DNA of 64,000 nucleotides, from positions 4,544,001-4,608,000 of the forward strand of contig CBDDPY010000002.1 in the NCBI GenBank assembly GCA_965232515.1. Direction: 5' to 3'. Origin of the DNA: Alphaproteobacteria bacterium (GTDB taxonomy: Bacteria > Pseudomonadota > Alphaproteobacteria > GCA-2731375). The notes under the pieces are model-generated. The model was given only the letters and a program-made list of their open reading frames with translations. It made no database searches and was not told the DNA's origin. A program made the translations under genes and the position numbers. Shown piece by piece: positions 58,363 to 64,000 of this stretch (positions within the stretch are counted from its first letter, which is position 1; the number at the start of each line of letters is the position of its first letter).

Positions 58363-60035
58363 CAGACCTTCTTCAGCGCCCAGCGGATCGAGGCGCCGTC
58401 GGCGCCGGCCTCGCCGGTGACGACGATCTGTTGACTGCGGCGCATATGGCCGCGCTCGCCGAGATAGATGCTCTCGTCCACTGACACATGGCCGCCGGCG
58501 CAGCGGAAGCGCCAGCCCTGGCCGCCGCCCAGCTTCAGCAGCACCGCCGCGCCGCCCTGGACCAGCGAGGCCTGGACGTCGGGATGCAGGTGGAAGCGCA
58601 CGGCGAACGGCAGCGCGCCGGCCGCGTCCGCTGCATGGGTCACCGCGACCAGCATGTCCTCGCCGCGCAGGTCCTCGCCCGAAGCGTCGAGGTAGAGCCG
58701 CCGCCGGTGCACCAGGCCGAAGCGGCCGCGATAGCCGTCATGGCTGAGATCGAGCCAGATATTGCCGGCCTCGTCGGCGTTGCGCTCGACCGTGACCACC
58801 TGCGGCCGCCGCCCGGGAATATTGCTGGCCGACAGCTCCGCCGAGCTGGTATCGGCCAGCGTCAGCGTCGAATGGGCCGCCGTCGCCCGCGCCGCGGCCT
58901 GCCATTCGCTGTTGCGGTCGACGCCGCTGCCGCAATTGACGACGATGCGATGTTTGCCGCTGCTCATCTCCAGGCTCAAGGTGCCGGCATGGGCATTGCG
59001 GCCGAGCGGCGCCGGCGGCGGCCCGCCGGTATCGACGATGACGGCGCCGCGCCGCGCGCTCAGGCGCTGATAGCCGCTGTGCGGCGCGTTCATCTGCGGC
59101 TTGCCCTTGGCGTCGGCGCCGGCCAGCACCGCGTCGATGTCTTCGACGGTCTCCTCGAAGCCACCGTTGAACAGCGCCAGCCCGCCGTCGCCATGGCGGA
59201 AGGCGCGCAGCATCGGCGCCATGCGGTCGATGGCGTTCTGCAGCTCGTTCGGCGCCGGCGAATTGCCGGCGTCATAGGCGGCCCGCAGGCCGACCAGCTC
59301 GCGCAGCACGGCCAGATGCTCGGACGGCGACCGGCTGACATAGCCGCCGTCGCCCAGCACCTGCCAGCCGAGCTCGCGCCGCAGCAGGGTTTCGCCGCGG
59401 CCCAGCTTGGCCTCCTCGCCAGGCAGGCAGAGCCCCCCATAGATCAGCCCATAGGCCGCGGCGAGCGTCGGCCGTCCCGGCTCGGCGCCGCTGGCGACGC
59501 GCGCCAGATGCCGGACCTGACGCGCCAGGCTGTTGAGAAAGGCCGAGCGGAAGATCGGATCGTCGCTGCCGAGAACGAAGCCGGCATTGTCGAGCCAGGC
59601 GACGACGCGGCGGGCCAGAACGTCCGGCGACCAGGCCTGCGCGTCCCATTCGCCGCAGAGATCGATCCATGAGCGGATCAGCGCCACCACATGGGCCCGC
59701 GCGGTATCGCCGCCCGACGCCCGGAAATGCCGCAGCCAGCCAAAGGCGTGCAGCTCGGTCATCCACTCGTCGTCGTCCGGCCGCAGCCGCCAGGGCGGCT
59801 GGTTCGGCGCCAGCGCTTCGCGTCCGGCGAAACGATAGCGGCCCTGGAACAATTCGTCGCCGATGGCGACGTCGCCGGGCCAGGGATCCTGGGGCGTCAC
59901 GCGCAGCTTGTCCGGCACCCGGCCGCGCAGGCTCAGACGATAGAGCGAGGTGCCGTAGCCGGCGTCCAGCACGCGCCGGAGCGTCCGGCCGGTCAGGCTT
60001 GGCGACGGCGCGGTGCCGGGCGGTTGCGTGCTCAT
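58362..60035 (-). CDS. Heparinase II/III family protein
   Basis: DGG..SR.P, HGDGGLALFNG, AHAGTLS.E, NCG and RATAAHST motifs; follows rsmB-rpe as is usual in alphaproteobacteria. Confidence 0.85.
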   Translation of the reverse strand: MSTQPPGTAPSPSLTGRTLRRVLDAGYGTSLYRLSLRGRVPDKLRVTPQDPWPGDVAIGDELFQGRYRFAGREALAPNQPPWRLRPDDDEWMTELHAFGWLRHFRASGGDTARAHVVALIRSWIDLCGEWDAQAWSPDVLARRVVAWLDNAGFVLGSDDPIFRSAFLNSLARQVRHLARVASGAEPGRPTLAAAYGLIYGGLCLPGEEAKLGRGETLLRRELGWQVLGDGGYVSRSPSEHLAVLRELVGLRAAYDAGNSPAPNELQNAIDRMAPMLRAFRHGDGGLALFNGGFEETVEDIDAVLAGADAKGKPQMNAPHSGYQRLSARRGAVIVDTGGPPPAPLGRNAHAGTLSLEMSSGKHRIVVNCGSGVDRNSEWQAAARATAAHSTLTLADTSSAELSASNIPGRRPQVVTVERNADEAGNIWLDLSHDGYRGRFGLVHRRRLYLDASGEDLRGEDMLVAVTHAADAAGALPFAVRFHLHPDVQASLVQGGAAVLLKLGGGQGWRFRCAGGHVSVDESIYLGERGHMRRSQQIVVTGEAGADGASIRWALKKV

Positions 60036-60042
60036 GCCCCGG

Positions 60043-60708
60043 TCAAGCCGCGCCTCGGATCGCGGCGATGTTCTCGGCGTAGCGGGCGCGGCCGCCTTTG
60101 AACGTGGCGGTGCCGGCGACCAGCACGTCGGCGCCGGCGGCGACCGCCTTCGCCGCGGTCTCGGTGTTGATGCCGCCGTCGACCTCGAGGTCGATGTCGC
60201 GGCCGGTGGCGTCGATACGTTTTCTCAGCGCCGCGATCTTGTCGAGCGCCGAAGCAATGAAGGCCTGGCCGCCGAAGCCGGGATTGACGCTCATCACCAG
60301 CACCAGATCGATGTCGCCCAGCACGTTGTCGACGGCCTCGACCGGCGTGCCGGGGTTCAGCGAGACGCCCGCCTTCTTGCCCAGGCTTTTGATCAACTGA
60401 ATGCTGCGATGCAGGTGCGGGCCGGCCTCGGGATGCACGGTGATGATGTCGGCGCCGGCGGCGGCGAAGTCCGGAATGAAGGGATCTGCCGGCGAAATCA
60501 TCAGGTGCGTGTCGAACGGCAGCGCACTGTGCGCGCGCAACGCCTTCACCACGCCCGGGCCGATGGTGATGTTGGGCACGAAGTGGCCGTCCATGACGTC
60601 GACATGCACATAGTCGGCGCCGGCCTCGGTCACGGCCCGGACCTCCGCGCCCAGATCGGCGAAGTCGGCGGACAGGATCGATGGGGCGATACGAACGGGC
60701 CTCGGCAT
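60043..60708 (-). CDS. rpe: Ribulose-phosphate 3-epimerase
   Basis: [32 protein letters not shown] and VDGG motifs. Confidence 0.97.
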   Translation of the reverse strand: MPRPVRIAPSILSADFADLGAEVRAVTEAGADYVHVDVMDGHFVPNITIGPGVVKALRAHSALPFDTHLMISPADPFIPDFAAAGADIITVHPEAGPHLHRSIQLIKSLGKKAGVSLNPGTPVEAVDNVLGDIDLVLVMSVNPGFGGQAFIASALDKIAALRKRIDATGRDIDLEVDGGINTETAAKAVAAGADVLVAGTATFKGGRARYAENIAAIRGAA

Positions 60709-60773
60709 GCGGGCTTGGTATCAGCTTGCCTGCGCGCTCGCAAGCGCCGCCGCGGAAGCATTGTTGTGTCGTC

Positions 60774-62102
60774 TCACGTGCCGCCCTCGCGGACCAGCCG
60801 GCAGGCGTAAAAGCCGTCCATGCCGCCCATGTCGGCGAGGTGGCAGGGCAGCGTGCGCAGATCGCCTTCCGCCGTAACCAGCTCCACCAGCCCGCCAACC
60901 TCGGCCGGTGTAACCGGTTGCCGCCGCACGGGCGCGCCGGCGGCCAGCAGGGCCGAGATCCGCGCCGGTCCTTCCTCGGGCTGCAGCGAGCAGACGCAGG
61001 CGACCAGCGTGCCGCCGGGCGCCAGCATGTCGACGGCCGCCGTCAGCAGCCGGCTCTGCGCCGCGGCGAGCCGTTCGGCGTCGTCGGGTGTCTTCAAACG
61101 CCAGACATCGGGATGACGGCGGATCGTGCCGGTGGCGCTGCAGGGCAGGTCGAGCAGGATGTGCGTCGCCGGCCGCTCCGGCCGCCAGGTCGCCACGTCG
61201 GCGCAAACGACCTCGGCCATGTGGCCGATGCGGGCAAGGTTATGTTCCAGGCGCGCCAGCCGCTTGGCGGCGATATCGACGGCCGTGACCTCGGCGCCGG
61301 CGGCGGCGAGCTGCAGCGTCTTGCCGCCCGGCGCGGCGCAAAGATCGAGCACCGCGCGGCCGGCGACGTCGCCCAGCAGGCGTGCCGGCAGCGCCGCCGC
61401 CGCATCCTGCACCCACCACGCGCCCTCGTCGTAACCCGGCAGCGCCGTCACGGCGCCGCCCGCCTGCCGGCGCAGACAACCGGTCGGCAGCGGCGTCGCC
61501 GTCAGCCGCTCGGCCCAATCGGCGGGATCGTCCGCCGTGACGATATCGAGCGGCGGTTCCGCCAGTTGTGCGGCGACGATCGCCCGTGTCGCGTCCTCGC
61601 CATAGGCCTCGGTCCAGCTCTGCCACAGCCAGTCGGGACAGTTGAGGCGCGCCGCGTCCTGCCGCGCCACGATGTCGGCGCCCTCGCGCGCCAGCCGCCG
61701 CAGCACCGCGTTGACCAGCGCCTTGTAATGCGGGAACCGCGTCGCCTGCGCGACGGCCGTATCGACGGCGGCGTGCGCCGGCGTGCCCAGGAACAGAAGC
61801 TGCGCCGCGCCCAGACGAAGAATATCGCGCACCCGCACGGCGCGCCGCGGCAGCGGCTTGTTCAGGCAGCGATCGAGCGCCGCGTCGATCTGGCCCAGCC
61901 GCCGCAGCACAGTCGTCGCCAGCAACCGGGCGAAGGCAACGTCGCGGCCGTCCAGTCCGTCGAGATCGCCGTCCGGCGCCAGCGCCGCCCGCCAGGCATC
62001 GTCCAGCTGCCGCCGCTGTCCCAGCACCGCGACGATCAGGCCGAGCGCCGCGTCGCGCGCCGGCCCGCCCCGCGCCGTCGCGATTTCAGGATCGGTCGCC
62101 AT
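60774..62102 (-). CDS. rsmB: RsmB/NOP family 16S rRNA m5C methyltransferase with NusB-like N-terminus
   Basis: LVNAVLR, WVQD, DLCAAPGGKT, DLPCSATG..RRHP and CSL..EEG motifs; ATG at 62102. Confidence 0.9.
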   Translation of the reverse strand: MATDPEIATARGGPARDAALGLIVAVLGQRRQLDDAWRAALAPDGDLDGLDGRDVAFARLLATTVLRRLGQIDAALDRCLNKPLPRRAVRVRDILRLGAAQLLFLGTPAHAAVDTAVAQATRFPHYKALVNAVLRRLAREGADIVARQDAARLNCPDWLWQSWTEAYGEDATRAIVAAQLAEPPLDIVTADDPADWAERLTATPLPTGCLRRQAGGAVTALPGYDEGAWWVQDAAAALPARLLGDVAGRAVLDLCAAPGGKTLQLAAAGAEVTAVDIAAKRLARLEHNLARIGHMAEVVCADVATWRPERPATHILLDLPCSATGTIRRHPDVWRLKTPDDAERLAAAQSRLLTAAVDMLAPGGTLVACVCSLQPEEGPARISALLAAGAPVRRQPVTPAEVGGLVELVTAEGDLRTLPCHLADMGGMDGFYACRLVREGGT

Positions 62103-62134
62103 CACGCAACCGTGAACGAGAATCGGATGCTCGA

Positions 62135-62161
62135 TGCATCGAAAGCCGGCGCCGCCGCGTA
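62135..62161 (+). promoter_or_regulatory. Putative ECF sigma promoter upstream of ferritin-like gene
   Basis: TGCATCG-N16-CGTA; the same spacing and motif recur upstream of the ECF sigma gene. Confidence 0.55.
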
Positions 62162-62224
62162 GTTGCTGCCATGCCCGAACCGGATGGCCGGTCGGGCGCA
62201 TTTCTTTGAAGGAGACCAAAGCTC

Positions 62225-62830
62225 GTGTCTATAACGAAAAACGATCCCGCCGCCATTGATAACGGACGGCGCCGTTTTCTTGCCGGTGCCGGCAAGGCGA
62301 CGTTGTCGGCAACCGCCGTCGCCTTGATCGTCGGTTGCGAAAGCATGGCCCGGGGTCAGAAAATGGCGGCTGCCGATACGGCCAACGACGTCGCCATCCT
62401 GAACATCGCGCTCGGGCTCGAGTGGGAGGCGATCGCCGCCTATCAGCTCGGCGCCGAGAGCGGCCTGCTCGACAAGCCGGTGCTCGATGTCGCGGTCCTG
62501 TTCCAGAGCCAGCATAAGGAGCATGCGACGGCTTTGTCCGGCGCCATCACCAAGATGGGCGGCCGGCCGGTCGCGGCGAAATCGAACCGCGAATACGCGA
62601 CGGCGCTCAATGCCGGTTCATTGAAAACCGGTACCGATGTGCTGCGCCTCGCCGCAACGCTCGAGAAGGGCGCGGCGAACGCCTATCTCGGCGTGATTCC
62701 GTCCTTCGAGAGCCCCGATCTGGCGCAGGTGTCGGGCCGGTTGGCGGCCGACGAGACCATGCACTGGACGGTGCTGGCGAACGCCCTCGGCGATCAGCTG
62801 CCGCGCAAGGCGCTCAGTTTCGGCGCCTGA
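62225..62830 (+). CDS. Tat-exported ferritin-like (diiron four-helix) protein
   Basis: GRRRFL twin-arginine motif; LNIALGLE..A..AY, QHKEH, LE..A..AY and DETMH motifs. Confidence 0.85.
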   Translation: MSITKNDPAAIDNGRRRFLAGAGKATLSATAVALIVGCESMARGQKMAAADTANDVAILNIALGLEWEAIAAYQLGAESGLLDKPVLDVAVLFQSQHKEHATALSGAITKMGGRPVAAKSNREYATALNAGSLKTGTDVLRLAATLEKGAANAYLGVIPSFESPDLAQVSGRLAADETMHWTVLANALGDQLPRKALSFGA

Positions 62831-62838
62831 CGCGCCGG

Positions 62839-62881
62839 GCTCCCGCCGGGCTTCCCCGGTTTCCCGCCCGGCGGGAGCTTT
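62839..62881 (+). other. Intercistronic stem-loop / weak terminator after ferritin-like gene
   Basis: GCTCCCGCCGGGC...GCCCGGCGGGAGC followed by TTT. Confidence 0.55.
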
Positions 62882-62917
62882 CGCCTCGATGCAGTTTCAC
62901 CAACGAGAGCACAAGAC

Positions 62918-63292
62918 ATGATCAAACGCGTCATCGCGGCCGTCCTGCTGACCGTCGGCATCGCCGGCACGGCGGGGTACGCCCGCGCCGCCGGCGATCC
63001 GGTGCGTGGCGAGCGGATCTATCAACGCTGCGCCGGTTGCCATTCGCTCGACGCCAACCGGGTCGGCCCGCGCCATCGTGGCGTCTACGGCCGCCGTGCC
63101 GGCAGCGTCGACGACTATGGCTATTCACGGGCGTTGCGAGAGGCAAAGATCGTCTGGGACGACGCCACGCTCGATGCCTGGCTCGCCAATCCCGGCAAGT
63201 TCGTCCCCGGCAGCCGCATGGGCTATCGGCTGAGGCAGGCCATGGACCGGGCCGACATCATTGCCTTTCTGCGGCGGGAGAGCGGCAAATAA
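62918..63292 (+). CDS. Class I cytochrome c (c2-like)
   Basis: Signal peptide, CAGCH heme motif, GP, W....LD.WL.NP and PG.RM distal Met. Confidence 0.93.
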   Translation: MIKRVIAAVLLTVGIAGTAGYARAAGDPVRGERIYQRCAGCHSLDANRVGPRHRGVYGRRAGSVDDYGYSRALREAKIVWDDATLDAWLANPGKFVPGSRMGYRLRQAMDRADIIAFLRRESGK

Positions 63293-63323
63293 GCCGTATC
63301 CAGGAAGAATGTCCCTTGCCCAT

Positions 63324-63349
63324 CGATCCGAGCGCGTTCGGCCGTCGTA
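63324..63349 (+). promoter_or_regulatory. Putative autoregulatory ECF promoter
   Basis: CGATCC-N16-CGTA about 35 nt upstream of the sigma start. Confidence 0.5.
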
Positions 63350-63383
63350 TGATACGCATGACACGACTTGCCATGGAGTGGCC

Positions 63384-63941
63384 GTGGACGCGCCGAGTTC
63401 CCATGATCCGCTCGCCGAATTGCTGCAGGCGTGCGCCGAGGGCGATGAGCCGGCCTTCGCCGAGCTGTACGCGCTGACGTCGGCCCGTCTGTTCGCCGTC
63501 GCGGTTCGCGTCGCCGGACGGCGCGATTGGGCCGAAGACGTGCTGCAGGACGGTTTCGTCAAGATCTGGCGGCAGGCGGCGCATTATGACGTCGCGCGCG
63601 GTGCGGCCATGACCTGGCTCGCGGCGATCATCCGCAACACCGCGCTCGACCGTTTGCGGCGGCATCGCGGCGAAGTGCTGATGGCCGATCGGCCGGACGG
63701 CGCGCCGTGCCTGGAGCCAAGTCTCGATCCGATGGACGACCTGCTGCGCCGCGACAACGCCAGCGGCCTCTGGCGCTGCCTTGGCGAACTCGAACCGCGT
63801 CAGGCCCGCGCCATTCTCGATGCCTATTGCTACGGTTATACTCACGACGAACTGGCGGCCCGCTTCGACGCGCCTGTCGGCACGGTGAAGAGTTGGCTGC
63901 GACGTGGATTGCTGCGACTGAGGGCCTGTCTCGAGACATGA
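63384..63941 (+). CDS. ECF sigma-70 factor (SigK/RpoK-like)
   Basis: GDE.AF..LY, AEDVLQD.F..IW, WL..I.RN.ALD and GTVKSW.RRGL motifs; GTG after GGAG. Confidence 0.92.
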   Translation: MDAPSSHDPLAELLQACAEGDEPAFAELYALTSARLFAVAVRVAGRRDWAEDVLQDGFVKIWRQAAHYDVARGAAMTWLAAIIRNTALDRLRRHRGEVLMADRPDGAPCLEPSLDPMDDLLRRDNASGLWRCLGELEPRQARAILDAYCYGYTHDELAARFDAPVGTVKSWLRRGLLRLRACLET

Positions 63942-64000
63942 GCGACGACGACCTCCATGTGATGGCCGGCGAGTATGTGCTGGGCACGCTTGCCGGCGAC
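63938..64000 (+). CDS. Anti-sigma factor (RskA-like), 5' fragment
   Basis: MSDDDLHVMAGEYVLGTLAGD...; the AGEYVLG.L motif is typical of RskA-type anti-sigmas; ATGA overlap with the sigma stop. Confidence 0.8.
   Translation, partial: MSDDDLHVMAGEYVLGTLAGD

Overview
This is a GC-rich chromosomal window from an alphaproteobacterium; gene order is Rhodospirillales-like. Most of it is conserved housekeeping genes: tsaB-rimI, mucR-fur-plsC-miaB-phoH-ybeY-corC-lnt-XRE-metK-trmB-rimP-nusA-ylxR-infB-rbfA-truB-rpsO-pnp, fabA-fabB-fabI/irr, ubiE-coaBC-dut-rrf2-cysK-moeB, mutM, rpsT-dnaA-dnaN-recF-gyrB, PBP1A, and rsmB-rpe-heparinase II/III-like. I found no rRNA, tRNA, CRISPR array, prophage or transposase. 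Six things stand out. (1) A PgpH-like 7TM-HD protein sits between phoH and ybeY and appears to lack its first metal-binding His. (2) A divergent cassette pairs a membrane-anchored LytTR regulator with a secreted DUF2141-like protein, a Tat-exported carotenoid cleavage oxygenase and an MBL-fold hydrolase. (3) A 56-bp near-perfect palindrome closes that cassette. (4) An ECF sigma/anti-sigma locus with a Tat-exported ferritin-like protein and a cytochrome c shares a candidate promoter motif. (5) An Rrf2 regulator upstream of cysK has a CysK-docking-like C-terminus. (6) An Irr box (ICE) precedes the rubrerythrin/Fe-S oxidoreductase/DUF3501 operon. All family assignments come from recognising motifs by eye, with no database searches, and several start codons are my best choice among alternatives.
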